Shown: piece by piece, positions 1-13,290 of the stretch
How the letters are laid out: every line of letters begins with the position of its first letter
Position numbering within the stretch: position 1 is the stretch's first letter
Source of the DNA: Fimbriimonadales bacterium
GTDB taxonomy: Bacteria; Armatimonadota; Fimbriimonadia; Fimbriimonadales; ATM1
NCBI GenBank assembly: GCA_051003155.1
Contig: JBPCLO010000026.1
Location: 32,001-96,000 of the forward strand
Direction of reading: 5' to 3'
Length of the DNA: 64,000 nt
Translations under genes and position numbers: made by a program
Notes under the pieces: model-generated
Databases searched by the model: none
What the model saw: the letters and a program-made list of their open reading frames with translations, nothing else
What the model was told of the DNA's origin: nothing

Positions 1-2
1 TC

Positions 3-116
3 TGTTTGAAAGTTGTTGTCGAAGACGCTAACAACAGAGAGATCAATCTGAAGGATATCGACGAACCCATGCCGGGCGACGATATGCGTTTGGCTAGATC
101 GGTGGGATTCTCGTAA
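3..116 (+). CDS. rpoB: RNA polymerase beta subunit, 3' end (partial)
   Basis: Own translation CLKVVVEDANNREINLKDID...GFS* resembles the RpoB C-terminus; lies upstream of rpoC. Confidence 0.8.
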   Translation, partial: CLKVVVEDANNREINLKDIDEPMPGDDMRLARSVGFS

Positions 117-167
117 AACTAAATTGGGGCGAACATTCGAACGGCCCAAGGACGGAGGAACAAAGAT

Positions 168-791
168 ATGGCTAGTGTAAGATTTGTGTTCGAAGAGGAC
201 ACCGAAATCACGGTGAAGGCGAAGAGTGATCGCGGGGCTAAGCTCATGGTCACCGGCGTTCGCAAGCGCCTGGACGCTGGTGCGTCCCTCATTGAAATCA
301 TCGGCGAGAAAGGCTCCCACTACATCAACGCCCAGCGACTTGCATATGTCGAATTGCTTCTCGACGAAGGCGCCTCGCGACCTAGAGTTACAGCCAAGGC
401 GGCCGGAGCCAGGCGAGGCCGAAAACCCGCCGCAACGAAAGCCGGTACGGTAAAGCGCGGCCGTCCAGCCAAAGCGGGCGCGAGGACAATGTCAGCCTCG
501 GTCGCACCTAAGCGGCGCGGACGCCCACCGGGCACCGGCGCAAAGGCGGTCGCGGCAAAGCCGGCGATCCGCAGGGGCCGTCCGCCCAAATCGCAATCCA
601 CCACAGCTCCCAAGAAGCGCGGCAGACCGCCGAAGTCCGCTGTCGCGACCTCGACCGCTCCGAATAGACTGGGCAGACCGCCGAAGTCCGGTGTCGCGAC
701 CTCGACCGCTCCGAAGAGACGGGGCAGGCCGCCGAAGGCAGTAACGACGGCCTCCGCTGCAGCCGCACCGAAGAAGCGCGGCAGACCGTAG
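168..791 (+). CDS. Basic multi-AT-hook (HMGA/histone H1-like) putative DNA-binding protein
   Basis: GGAGG SD; ~65-aa globular N-terminus then about 8 RGRP-type motifs in an Ala/Lys/Pro/Thr-rich tail. Confidence 0.8.
   Translation: MASVRFVFEEDTEITVKAKSDRGAKLMVTGVRKRLDAGASLIEIIGEKGSHYINAQRLAYVELLLDEGASRPRVTAKAAGARRGRKPAATKAGTVKRGRPAKAGARTMSASVAPKRRGRPPGTGAKAVAAKPAIRRGRPPKSQSTTAPKKRGRPPKSAVATSTAPNRLGRPPKSGVATSTAPKRRGRPPKAVTTASAAAAPKKRGRP
600..737 (+). repeat. Imperfect 51-bp tandem repeat (about 2.5-3 units) encoding AT-hook units
   Basis: ggcagaccgccgaagtccg(c/g)tgtcgcgacctcgaccgctccgaa recurs at 51-nt spacing. Confidence 0.8.
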
Positions 792-819
792 AAGAACTAA
801 AGGAGTTCGCTAAGAAATA

Positions 820-3800
820 ATGCCGGATGTAACATTATTTGATCGCATCCGGATTGGCATCGCCAGTCCGGAAGATATTGTCGGATGGTCCCATGGTGAG
901 GTTAAGAAGCCGGAAACCATCAACTACCGGACATTCAAACCCGAGCGCGACGGGCTGTTCTGTGAACGGGTCTTCGGTCCTGTTAAGGACTGGGAGTGCC
1001 ATTGCGGACGGTATAAGAAGGTCAAGTATAAGGGGATCGTTTGCGAAAGATGCGGCGTCGAAGTTACTCGTGCGCGTGTCCGCCGAGAGCGGATGGGCCA
1101 TATCGAGCTGGCAGCGCCTGTTTGCCACATCTGGTACTTGAAGGGTGTACCTTCACCGATCTCGTTGATCCTTGAGATATCACCAAGACTGCTCGAAAAG
1201 GTTGCTTACTTCGCTAGCTTTATCGTTATCGACATCGACCGTGAAGGTCTTGATGCCGGGGCGGAAGAAATCAAGGACGCTGTGGAACTCGAGAAGGAAG
1301 CCGTCAACCAGCAGATGGCTGAACTCGAGGAGGAGATCAGGAACCGGTTCGCCGAGGAACTCGAAGAGAACAAAGACGAATACGACGAAACGATCATTAA
1401 AGAGCGGACAAAAGCCATCACCGACCGCATAAAGGCGGAACAGCGTGAGACGGGCGACCGAATCAAGGAGATGGACGTCGCGATCGAAGTGCTGTCGAAG
1501 CTCGAACGCGACCAGTTGATCGAAGAAGACAAGTTCCGCGCTGTGGACCGTATGCTAGACGCCGTAACGCGGCGAACCGGAAAGGATTATTGCGCGATGC
1601 TCCGCGCCGGGATCGGTGCTGCTGCAATGAAGGAGTTGCTGGCCCGGGTCGACCTCGAGGGGCTGGCCCGTGAGCTTCGCCAAACGATCATGCGCAGCAC
1701 GGGTCCCAAACGGCTTCGGTCGATCAAGAGACTTGAGATTGCCGAAGCCCTGGTTCATTCGCGTACCCGGCCCGAGTGGATGGTCCTCGAGGTCGTGCCG
1801 GTCATCTCGCCCGAACTCAGACCGATGGTTCAGCTCGACGGCGGCAGATTTGCGACATCCGATCTGAACGACCTGTATCGACGAATCATCAACCGCAATA
1901 ATCGTCTCAAGAAGATTATCGAGATCAGAGCCCCTGAATCGATCATCAACCACGAGAAGCGCCTCCTTCAAGAGGCCGTGGACGCGCTCATCGACAACGG
2001 GCGCCGAACGCGTCCGGTTGTCGGCAGCAACAATCGCGCCCTCAAATCCTTGAGCGATATGCTTAAAGGCAAGGAAGGTCGGTTCCGAAAGAACCTGCTC
2101 GGAAAGCGCGTCGATTACTCCGGACGGTCGGTCATCGTTGTCGGTCCCCATCTCAAGCTACATCAGTGTGGCCTGCCGAAAGAGATGGCTCTCGAGCTGT
2201 TCAAGCCTTTCGTCATGAAGACCCTGGTTGAGCGCAAGCTCACGCAGAACATCAAGACGGCAAAGCGGATGATCGACCGTGTTCATCCGGCTGTGTGGGA
2301 TGGCCTCGAGGAAGTTATCAAGGAGCATCCGGTTCTCTTGAACAGAGCTCCCACTCTCCACCGGCTGGGCATCCAGGCTTTCGAGCCGGTGCTGGTTGAT
2401 GGCAAAGCGATCCAAGTGCACCCACTGGTCTGCCATGCATACAACGCGGACTTCGACGGCGACCAAATGGCCGTGCACGTACCACTTAGCGCCGCTGCGC
2501 AGGCCGAGGCCCGCGTCCTGATGCTCAGCACGCATAACCTCTTCTCTCCTGCGGACGGGCGCCCGACGATCTCCCCGATTCAGGACATCGTCCTCGGTGG
2601 ATATGCGTTGACCTTCGTGAGCCTGCAAGGCAAACAGAAGTTCGACGAGGCCATGGCCGCGCACAAGAAGAACGCTGAGAAGAACCCGGCGCCCCGCATC
2701 TATGCTTCGCCGGACGAGGCCATTATCTTGGTGGGCCATCCTGACGATCGCCTGAGGATCGGATTGAACGACCCGATTCAGGTCAGGATCATGCGCCCTA
2801 TTGGCAACCCCGCAGAGAATGGCGATGGCGAAACCGAAACGGTTTTTCGCGTTATGACCCCGGGCCAGATGATCTTTCACGAGATTCTCCCTTACCCACT
2901 CAAGCATCACGACGACTGGATTGGACTCGACCTCACCAAGAAGAATATGGCCAAGCTCATCAGCGAGGTCAGGCATGCAACCGGCAGTGAGACGACGATC
3001 CGGCTGCTCGACGATCTTAAAGAGCTTGGCTTTAGGTGGGCCACCAAGTACGGTCTGACGATCGCCATTACGGACATGGATCCTCCGGAGAAGCGGCTCG
3101 AGATCATCAGCACGACGGAAGCTAATGTTGAGAAGTTGACGACACAGTACGACCGCGGGCTAATCACGAACAACGAGCGCCGACAGAAGGTACTCGAAAA
3201 CTGGACCAAGGCCTATGAAGAGGTCGCCGATGCGATTATAGAGGGTATGGATCAGTTCAACCCTCTTGACATTGTAACGGTCAGCGGGGCCCGTGGGTCG
3301 AAAAAGCAGCTGACGCAGCTCGCCGGTATGCGCGGCCTGATGTCGGATCCGTTCGGTAATATTATTGAAGACTTGCCTATTCGGTCGAACTTCCACGAAG
3401 GTCTTGGCGTATTCGAGTACTTCGTCTCCACTCACGGCGCGCGAAAGGGTCTCGCCGATACGGCCCTGCGCACTGCGGATGCCGGCTACTTGACGCGCCG
3501 CCTGGTTGACGTCGCGCAGGATGTGGTTGTCAAGGCCATCGACTGTGGGACCACCGAGGGCATCTCGGTTCACAAGATCGTGAGCGAGGGTGAGACTGTT
3601 GAGAACCTCGGTGATCGTTGCCGAGGCCGCACCGCCCTCAACGACCTGACGGACCCACGAAATGGCACAAACCTCGTCGCCGAAGGCGCAGTGGTCACTG
3701 AGGAAGCCGCTCTAGTGATTTCTGCTTTGGACAAGGAGTTCGACGCGAAGTCGGGGTCCGCAGGCGACTCGGCCAAGGCCCTTGACTCGCTTCACAAGGA

Positions 3801-5433
3801 GTACAAGAAAGCCGGCTTCAAGGTCGGCGACCACGGCGAACTCGAGGTGTCCATGCGAAGCGCCCTTACCTGCGAACTCGAGCAAGGCATCTGTTCAAAC
3901 TGCTACGGCCACGACATGAGCAGCGGAAAGGCTGTCGAGGTGGGCGTAGCCGTGGGCATCATCGCCGCTCAGTCGATCGGCGAGCCCGGAACACAGTTGA
4001 CAATGCGTACATTCCACACGGGAGGCATTGCGTCTCAAAACGTGCTCACAGGCGTAAAGGATGTTCGCCGCCAGAAGGCGGGCGCCCTTCGAGAGATCAT
4101 GAGCGACCAGGATCGCGGCCTCGTTCAGTTTTCCGGTGACGAGATTCTCGACCTTAAGGGAGAGCAGCAGCTCGTCATCCGCGATATCACGGAAGCAACC
4201 GTTCAACAGGAGATCAAGAAGGTCGCCAAGCCGACGAAGGCCAATAGACTCAAACCGGCCGAACAAATCGCCGAGGAACGCGCCCGAAAGGCGACCCGCA
4301 CTTGGATGACCAAGCTGGTCAAGCTGCTCGAGAGCGAGATCAGCGGGATCCATCGAGTCGAGGAACTCTTCGAAGCCCGTCATCCCAAGGGTGAAGCGAT
4401 CATCTCCGAGTTCGACGGAGTGATCGCTCGAATCCACAAGGGAGAACGGGGCAGGTGGGTCGCCATCGAAACGACGCTAAAACTGGATGCATCCAACCTC
4501 GCGGGTAAAGCCGCGTCTCGGGACGTGATTAACCCCGACACAGGTGAGATCGAGATCCACGCCAGCCAAGAGGTAACGGACAAGGCTCTCATCAAGCTGC
4601 GTAAGGCCAAGCGCCAGAAGGGCGAGTCGCCGACCATCTCGGTTCTCGAACTGGTGCTTGTTCACTACCGCGGCAACCTCGAGGTGCGTGAGGGAGACAA
4701 GGTTCGCGCGAGCGACAGGCTTACCCAAGGGCCGCTCGATCCGCACAAGCTCCTATTACTCCGCGGTGTCCGCGGCGTTCAGGAATACATGGTGCGCGAG
4801 ATTCAGTCGGTGTACAAGGCTCAAGGCGTCGACATCAACGATAAGCATATCGAGGTCATCTGCCGGCAAATGCTCCGCAAGCGCCGAGTGAAGGAGGCCG
4901 GAGACACGGACTTCCTGCCTGGCCAGATCGCGGATCGCTTTGCCTTCAATCGCGAAAACGAGCGGGTGCAAGACATGATCGAAGCAGGCGATATGATTAC
5001 CTATGCGGACGAAGAAGGCAACGAAGTTAAGCGCAAGCCACACCTCGCTTCCGCCGACTGGGTTATGTTGGGCATAACGGAAGCTTCGTTGAATACGGAG
5101 TCGTTCCTCTCCGCTGCGTCGTTCCAGAAGACGACCAGGGTTCTGACCGACGCCGCCGTTCGCGGAAAGTCCGACGACCTAATCGGCCTCAAGGAAAACG
5201 TCATTATCGGCCGACTCATTCCGGCCGGAACAGGCTTCCCTGACTACCGAAACGTAGCTGTCGAACTAACGCGCCAGCCAACATGGGCCTCTCAATCGCT
5301 CACGGCGCTGGTAGACGCCGAGGAAGCTGAAGAGGTCCCGCGAGAGGAGGTCAAGGAACTCGAGGAGACCGAGGTCGGCGACCTCCGGACCTTAGCTGAA
5401 AGCCTCGGCGCCGACGTCGGCAAAAATCAATAG
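820..5433 (+). CDS. rpoC: RNA polymerase beta' subunit
   Basis: NADFDGD catalytic motif, N-terminal Zn finger, [17 protein letters not shown]. Confidence 0.99.
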   Translation: MPDVTLFDRIRIGIASPEDIVGWSHGEVKKPETINYRTFKPERDGLFCERVFGPVKDWECHCGRYKKVKYKGIVCERCGVEVTRARVRRERMGHIELAAPVCHIWYLKGVPSPISLILEISPRLLEKVAYFASFIVIDIDREGLDAGAEEIKDAVELEKEAVNQQMAELEEEIRNRFAEELEENKDEYDETIIKERTKAITDRIKAEQRETGDRIKEMDVAIEVLSKLERDQLIEEDKFRAVDRMLDAVTRRTGKDYCAMLRAGIGAAAMKELLARVDLEGLARELRQTIMRSTGPKRLRSIKRLEIAEALVHSRTRPEWMVLEVVPVISPELRPMVQLDGGRFATSDLNDLYRRIINRNNRLKKIIEIRAPESIINHEKRLLQEAVDALIDNGRRTRPVVGSNNRALKSLSDMLKGKEGRFRKNLLGKRVDYSGRSVIVVGPHLKLHQCGLPKEMALELFKPFVMKTLVERKLTQNIKTAKRMIDRVHPAVWDGLEEVIKEHPVLLNRAPTLHRLGIQAFEPVLVDGKAIQVHPLVCHAYNADFDGDQMAVHVPLSAAAQAEARVLMLSTHNLFSPADGRPTISPIQDIVLGGYALTFVSLQGKQKFDEAMAAHKKNAEKNPAPRIYASPDEAIILVGHPDDRLRIGLNDPIQVRIMRPIGNPAENGDGETETVFRVMTPGQMIFHEILPYPLKHHDDWIGLDLTKKNMAKLISEVRHATGSETTIRLLDDLKELGFRWATKYGLTIAITDMDPPEKRLEIISTTEANVEKLTTQYDRGLITNNERRQKVLENWTKAYEEVADAIIEGMDQFNPLDIVTVSGARGSKKQLTQLAGMRGLMSDPFGNIIEDLPIRSNFHEGLGVFEYFVSTHGARKGLADTALRTADAGYLTRRLVDVAQDVVVKAIDCGTTEGISVHKIVSEGETVENLGDRCRGRTALNDLTDPRNGTNLVAEGAVVTEEAALVISALDKEFDAKSGSAGDSAKALDSLHKEYKKAGFKVGDHGELEVSMRSALTCELEQGICSNCYGHDMSSGKAVEVGVAVGIIAAQSIGEPGTQLTMRTFHTGGIASQNVLTGVKDVRRQKAGALREIMSDQDRGLVQFSGDEILDLKGEQQLVIRDITEATVQQEIKKVAKPTKANRLKPAEQIAEERARKATRTWMTKLVKLLESEISGIHRVEELFEARHPKGEAIISEFDGVIARIHKGERGRWVAIETTLKLDASNLAGKAASRDVINPDTGEIEIHASQEVTDKALIKLRKAKRQKGESPTISVLELVLVHYRGNLEVREGDKVRASDRLTQGPLDPHKLLLLRGVRGVQEYMVREIQSVYKAQGVDINDKHIEVICRQMLRKRRVKEAGDTDFLPGQIADRFAFNRENERVQDMIEAGDMITYADEEGNEVKRKPHLASADWVMLGITEASLNTESFLSAASFQKTTRVLTDAAVRGKSDDLIGLKENVIIGRLIPAGTGFPDYRNVAVELTRQPTWASQSLTALVDAEEAEEVPREEVKELEETEVGDLRTLAESLGADVGKNQ

Positions 5434-5439
5434 GCTGGC

Positions 5440-6306
5440 CTAAGGCAATCGGGCGAAAGAGGCCCTGCATGGGCTTCTTTCGCTCGTCGTTATTAACCCG
5501 GCGGCGCTGCCGTCGAAACATATCGCCTCGCCCTGCCTCTCGAATGCAATATCGACGTCAACTGGCTTTGACCTGAACCACCGGTCTAGATTCCCGGTCC
5601 TGAAAGCCATTGCCGTGAAATAGGTCCGGATGATGACGCGGTTGCCCGCTGCGTTGATGTCTCCACCGGTTATCATGTGGCTATAAACGTTGCTGGCATC
5701 AACCTTCATTTCCCCAAGCTTGACCAGTCGATAAGTGCCGCTCTTCTCCGGACGGAGCATCCGATAGATTCCTGATGCTCCATACTCACTCTTTGTGACG
5801 AGTTGGATGTCGCCCTGGGGAGTTACCATCAGAGTCTCGCAATCATGAGCGCCGTCCGGGTAGCGCAATGTGAAAGTCCGAAACCCGTCGATCTGGTGCA
5901 TGCCCGGTCTTGCACGAGGCTCTGGAACGCGATAAACGAGGACACTTTTCCGCCTTTCAGCATTGTCGCCGATGTCGCCGAAGTACAAATATGGCCGTCC
6001 CGCGATTCTGGCCGAGGCCATACCTTCCCAGTCGATCGCACGCACACCTTTGAGGGTAAACGTGCCTAGATCGCGGCCTTTACGGTCGAAAGCATAGAAG
6101 TTCGGGCCGTCGCCGCTATCATTATGGGTCCAATACAGCCCTGCCCTGCGCCTAGAGGCCGCAACCCCGCTGCTTTCGTCGACCTTGTGATTCGCAAGCG
6201 TACATAGTAGCCCGGTCTTTGGGCCGGAAGCCTGGTCCTGGGATTCGTGCGTAATTGCAACGCCAGCGGCGATCACACCAACCGCCCTTAAAAGACCCAA
6301 CCGCAT
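5440..6306 (-). CDS. Secreted hypothetical protein, probable beta-propeller
   Basis: Signal peptide-like N-terminus; ESSG, WTHNDSGD, DWE, GDIGDN, QGEA motifs. Confidence 0.7.
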   Translation of the reverse strand: MRLGLLRAVGVIAAGVAITHESQDQASGPKTGLLCTLANHKVDESSGVAASRRRAGLYWTHNDSGDGPNFYAFDRKGRDLGTFTLKGVRAIDWEGMASARIAGRPYLYFGDIGDNAERRKSVLVYRVPEPRARPGMHQIDGFRTFTLRYPDGAHDCETLMVTPQGDIQLVTKSEYGASGIYRMLRPEKSGTYRLVKLGEMKVDASNVYSHMITGGDINAAGNRVIIRTYFTAMAFRTGNLDRWFRSKPVDVDIAFERQGEAICFDGSAAGLITTSERSPCRASFARLP

Positions 6307-6326
6307 CCACTGATTATACCGGCGGC

Positions 6327-6360
6327 AAAAAGGGCCGGCGGTTTTAGCCCCACCGGCCCC
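6327..6360 (-). terminator. Rho-independent terminator
   Basis: Minus strand gggccggtgg..ccgccggccc followed by T-run, downstream of the glycoside hydrolase gene. Confidence 0.7.
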
Positions 6361-6380
6361 TACAGTCCATCCTTCCCCCT

Positions 6381-8369
6381 TTATAGCTCGATCAATGTCA
6401 TCGAGTATGGCGGGAAGCTATACGAACTTAGCCCGGCGTTCAACGTACGCGAGTTGACGGTTTTGACCACGGTCAGATCCGCGTTAGCTGCATCTTCAGC
6501 CATGCCGTACCGATAGGTAAGGATTGACCCGCTCGGGTTGTAGTTAGAGAATGTAATGACCGCCGGAATCACCCGCTCTCTGGACGAGTTGGTAATCAAC
6601 AGCTTTACTTTTCCGGTGATGACAGATTTACTCGCAATAACCTGTAACAACCCATTGTCGCTGCTCGCCTCAACGAGGCGGTCACCTGGGCGAGCAAATA
6701 GCTTGAGCAGTTTGTACGCGAAGAACACCGGGTAGCGCTCGTTAATCGGAGGTGCGATGTCTGCCGGCCGTGCACGAGACATAATGCCGTAGTCACCGTA
6801 CATACGCCAACCGTACAGGAGTTCGCTCATGTTCCCGCTGGTGTCTGCTTGTTGGTGCAGGTTCCACCAGATGAACCCGTTTCCGCCGAGCTTATTAACC
6901 GCGGTCCACGACTCGATGAGGTACAGCGCGTTGACGATACTGGTCGACTGCTTGCCGGGCAAGAAGAAGTTACTATTATTCTCGCCCATGAAGATCGGCA
7001 CGGTCTCGCCGGGGGCGCCGAGGTACTCACGGAGCAATCTCCGGGCGGGAGGAAGGACATAACCCCACATGTCATTCGATTGCATCAGGAAATTGTCGTT
7101 TTCCGCAAATGGCCCGGTCGGATAGAAGTGCATTTCCATGTAGTCGGGAGTAACGCCGAGTTTCCGCAATTCCGTGTAAAGAACGGGCGTCCAACCGTTT
7201 GTCCACGTGCCAGTGACTGGGTTCTGAACGGTGACTCGCTGAGGGTAAGCGAACTCACTCCACGTTCCGGTTACGCCGATTTTAACGCGAGGATCGACAG
7301 CTTTCATCAGTTCAATGCAGTCCTTTACGAAGGCGGCATATGTGATTGCGTCGTGACGGAATTCGTGCGTGTCATATGACCACGCACCATAATTCTCGTT
7401 GCCGATCGTCCAGTACAGGACGTTGCCACCTTTGAGAATGTTGGCGTAATAAACCCAGTCGCGCGCAAGTTCCGGGGTGCCCGAGCCATAGTTGGCGGCG
7501 ATAATTTTTCCGGACTCGACCTGGTCGGCCACCTTTATGAAGGTGCTCGTATCGACTAGCCCGACTGCGCCGTTCACAACTTCGGTGTTGGTCTGCCAAT
7601 TGTAAACGTTGGCGTTCGTTCCTCCAGGATAGGTCATCATCTTAATTCCGGCTTCGCGCATCCGGTACTTGGTGCTCGCTTCGTCGAACCTTTCGTCCCA
7701 AACGTTGCACGCAATGCCGAACATTTCGTCCCTCAAGGTGCGTAGCGTCTCGTTCGGATTAACGTTGATGGTGGCTGTACTCCCGGTCGTCCTTGTGAGA
7801 CGAATCTCGTCTAGCCAAAAGGTTATGGGCTGAGATCCGATGTTGATGAAGTCGAGCTGGTAAAAGCGGCCGTTGCCGATGCCGAGCAGGTTCTTGTTAA
7901 TGGACACGTAAGTCCACCCGCCGACGTTTTGCGTAGCGTAGTCCGCTAGCACTCTCAGGGGCCCTGTCTGATTGGACATCGTCACCTGGATACCGATAGA
8001 ACTGAAAATGGACGAGTTGCCGCCATGGACCGCAAACTCAACTGCCCGGGCCCCAGTGCATACGGCACCGCCCCACCCGTGTCGAAATCGGAGGAATCTT
8101 GTCGCGGGCAAGGTTGTTGTGATGCTGTACTGATTCGCGTACACGACGTTCGAATCCCGTCCGTGAGTGCCCCCGATGGCCTCCGTTCGGAATACGCCCA
8201 CCTGGTAATCACGAAATACGTCGACGTCGTAGCTGTGGTCTTGGGCCTGCCCAGGCAAGAACGTCAGGGCTCCGGCAATGGCTATCGACAATCCGAGGGA
8301 TTTGCTTCTCATTGTCGAGGTTTGGTGAGCAAATGCAAAACTATAACGATCAAGGCTAATCATGCTCAT
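6381..8369 (-). CDS. Secreted clan-A glycoside hydrolase (GH51/GH44-like)
   Basis: YPGG, ANYGSGT, YWTIGNENYG motifs; signal peptide; C-terminal beta-sandwich; start codon uncertain. Confidence 0.7.
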   Translation of the reverse strand: MSMISLDRYSFAFAHQTSTMRSKSLGLSIAIAGALTFLPGQAQDHSYDVDVFRDYQVGVFRTEAIGGTHGRDSNVVYANQYSITTTLPATRFLRFRHGWGGAVCTGARAVEFAVHGGNSSIFSSIGIQVTMSNQTGPLRVLADYATQNVGGWTYVSINKNLLGIGNGRFYQLDFINIGSQPITFWLDEIRLTRTTGSTATINVNPNETLRTLRDEMFGIACNVWDERFDEASTKYRMREAGIKMMTYPGGTNANVYNWQTNTEVVNGAVGLVDTSTFIKVADQVESGKIIAANYGSGTPELARDWVYYANILKGGNVLYWTIGNENYGAWSYDTHEFRHDAITYAAFVKDCIELMKAVDPRVKIGVTGTWSEFAYPQRVTVQNPVTGTWTNGWTPVLYTELRKLGVTPDYMEMHFYPTGPFAENDNFLMQSNDMWGYVLPPARRLLREYLGAPGETVPIFMGENNSNFFLPGKQSTSIVNALYLIESWTAVNKLGGNGFIWWNLHQQADTSGNMSELLYGWRMYGDYGIMSRARPADIAPPINERYPVFFAYKLLKLFARPGDRLVEASSDNGLLQVIASKSVITGKVKLLITNSSRERVIPAVITFSNYNPSGSILTYRYGMAEDAANADLTVVKTVNSRTLNAGLSSYSFPPYSMTLIEL

Positions 8370-8413
8370 CTCCTTTCTTTGGCTATGATACTACTTTTTA
8401 CTCCTTTGGCGAA

Positions 8414-11283
<2,870 letters not shown>

Positions 11284-12096
11284 CTATTTTATACGTTCGA
11301 GGGTTGCCGTAACCGAGCCTTTCGCCTTGGAGAAGCCGAACGGATAATTCTTCCCTTCCAACCACAGGTCCGCGCTCATGATGACATTGGCGGATTCGAG
11401 TCTGCCGTCGCTGCGGCTCACCTTCAGGCGGCCGTCTACCAAGATGTGGCCTTTCAAACGTAGGGCGGGATCTTCCGGGTGCTTCACCGCCTGGTCCACG
11501 TCGTGGCTCGCCCTCAACGAGAAAGAGTACAAGCCCTTGCTCGACGGATATTCGGAACCGTTAAAAACGAACGACAGCGGCAATGTGAATCTGCCGATCG
11601 GATCGTCTTCCAGGAACGCTTGCGCCGGAAACTCGAAGGTCTGAGTGAATTCGTCGCCGATCTTCATCGATGCCGCCGGAGATATCGGAACCCATGCAAT
11701 CGGCCACAGGGGAGCATTAAGCTGCGTGGGTAAGATCACGGCGCCCTTCAGAGTGTAGCTGGATGGGCCGGCGACCACCTGAGTCCAAACTCCCTTAAGC
11801 GCGAGCTTTGCCTGGGCAGAACCGGCGCCCTTCTCAACCTTCGTAACCTTTAGCTTGTCGGTAAGCCCGACAACGACCCACTTGGAACCGCGATTCTCCG
11901 TCTTGAGAACGTATGTCCCCGTTATCTGGACCTGTCTGGTCGGTGGGGCGTCGATTGCCCCCACATAGGTGCTTAACACCTCGCCATTAAACTTGTACTC
12001 GACTATGGAAGGCTGGCGTTTGTAGACAACCGAATGACCGTCTTGGGCGGCTCCAGAGGCGGCGGCCAGTATTGTTAGCTGTACCCAAAACATCAC
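11284..12096 (-). CDS. Secreted hypothetical protein
   Basis: 270-aa ORF with signal peptide-like N-terminus, 6 nt upstream of ligA. Confidence 0.65.
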   Translation of the reverse strand: MMFWVQLTILAAASGAAQDGHSVVYKRQPSIVEYKFNGEVLSTYVGAIDAPPTRQVQITGTYVLKTENRGSKWVVVGLTDKLKVTKVEKGAGSAQAKLALKGVWTQVVAGPSSYTLKGAVILPTQLNAPLWPIAWVPISPAASMKIGDEFTQTFEFPAQAFLEDDPIGRFTLPLSFVFNGSEYPSSKGLYSFSLRASHDVDQAVKHPEDPALRLKGHILVDGRLKVSRSDGRLESANVIMSADLWLEGKNYPFGFSKAKGSVTATLERIK

Positions 12097-12231
12097 TCTA
12101 AGACATTACGCTCAACACAACGCGGCGTTTCCAAATCGTGCCCCGGCCATTACGGGGGATTACATTGTTCGAGCCAAGGCTTGACCTTGCAAACCGGCGG
12201 CAGGGATGGCTCGAAGGATACTCGCCTCAAT

Positions 12232-13211
12232 TTAACGGTAAGCGAATCTTCCACCGAGAGGCCATCGGCATCCGTTACTCTTACACTTATTTTCTGCTCT
12301 GCTCTGCTCTGCTCGCTTGGCGTCTTCGGCTAGGCTAAAGCCGATCGTCGTAGTCACGCTGTTCTGGCTAACTACGAGTCCGTCGGACTCCCACACAATG
12401 CTTACGGGCCGCCTGAGGTCGTTCAGAAGGACGACGTATTCAGAGCTAGCGTCTGTCTCCCCTGGACCGAAGGCAATACCGTCCTCGCCAACGATCCGGG
12501 CACGCGGCGTCCGATCGACAAGGACGAGGAAACCGCCGGCGAACAGCCCTCCCGAGTGAACGTTTACCCCCGAATAAGAAGCGACGATCTTGTTGCCCCC
12601 GCGAATCATAATTTCGCCCGGGAGTAGTGACGCAGCCGCCACTCCCGCCCCGCCTTTGTTTCCGGGCGGCCGTTTGCCCCTAATCGCCAATTCCTGTAGA
12701 AGGAACGGGACGCCACCTATAAACCAGTTCCAAGCCGCCCGCTGCACCTGGCGGTGGTGGAGTCCCTTCCCTTCCGCGTCGGATGAAGGAGGAGTTCACG
12801 AATATTCCATAGAGCTCGCCGGGATTAACGAGGTTCAGCCTGGCCAGCCCTCTGTCGCGCGCCGCGTCGGTGTTCGTGCCGGTAGATGGCCGCATCCATA
12901 TTCCGATTCGGCCGCTTCGCAGCTGTAGCGAACGTCTGCCCCGAACCCGAATGATTCCGGACTGCAGCGATCACTTCTGCTTTAACTTCCAGCCCGGGCG
13001 GTGCGCCAGGCGTATCCTCCAAGCACGGCAGAACTTGGCCGACGTCCGGAACGCTAACGGGCGGAGGCGGCAGTGGCGTTGGATCCTCGTCCGGGTCAGG
13101 CTCTGGCCCGCCGTCATCGAGGGGCCGAAGCATGATGCCATGGCTCCCCATTAGCCGAGCGTCTTCCGGCGTTTGTGGGGAGATGCTCACTTCATCCGAA
13201 TACTTGTCCAT
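12232..13211 (-). pseudogene. Fragmented hypothetical gene across three frames
   Basis: GGAGG SD and ATG at 13211; overlapping minus ORFs 12825-13211, 12680-12895, 12232-12747; no recognisable family. Confidence 0.35.
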
Positions 13212-13290
13212 CGAACCCTCCTATGAATCGCCTCGCAATAATCATTGTATGCGACGAAGGGTTGGGGGTCGATGCTGATGGGCCCTTCGC

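Noticed and set aside
600..737. CRISPR-like repeats
   Set aside because: In-frame coding tandem repeats with no unique spacers and no cas genes
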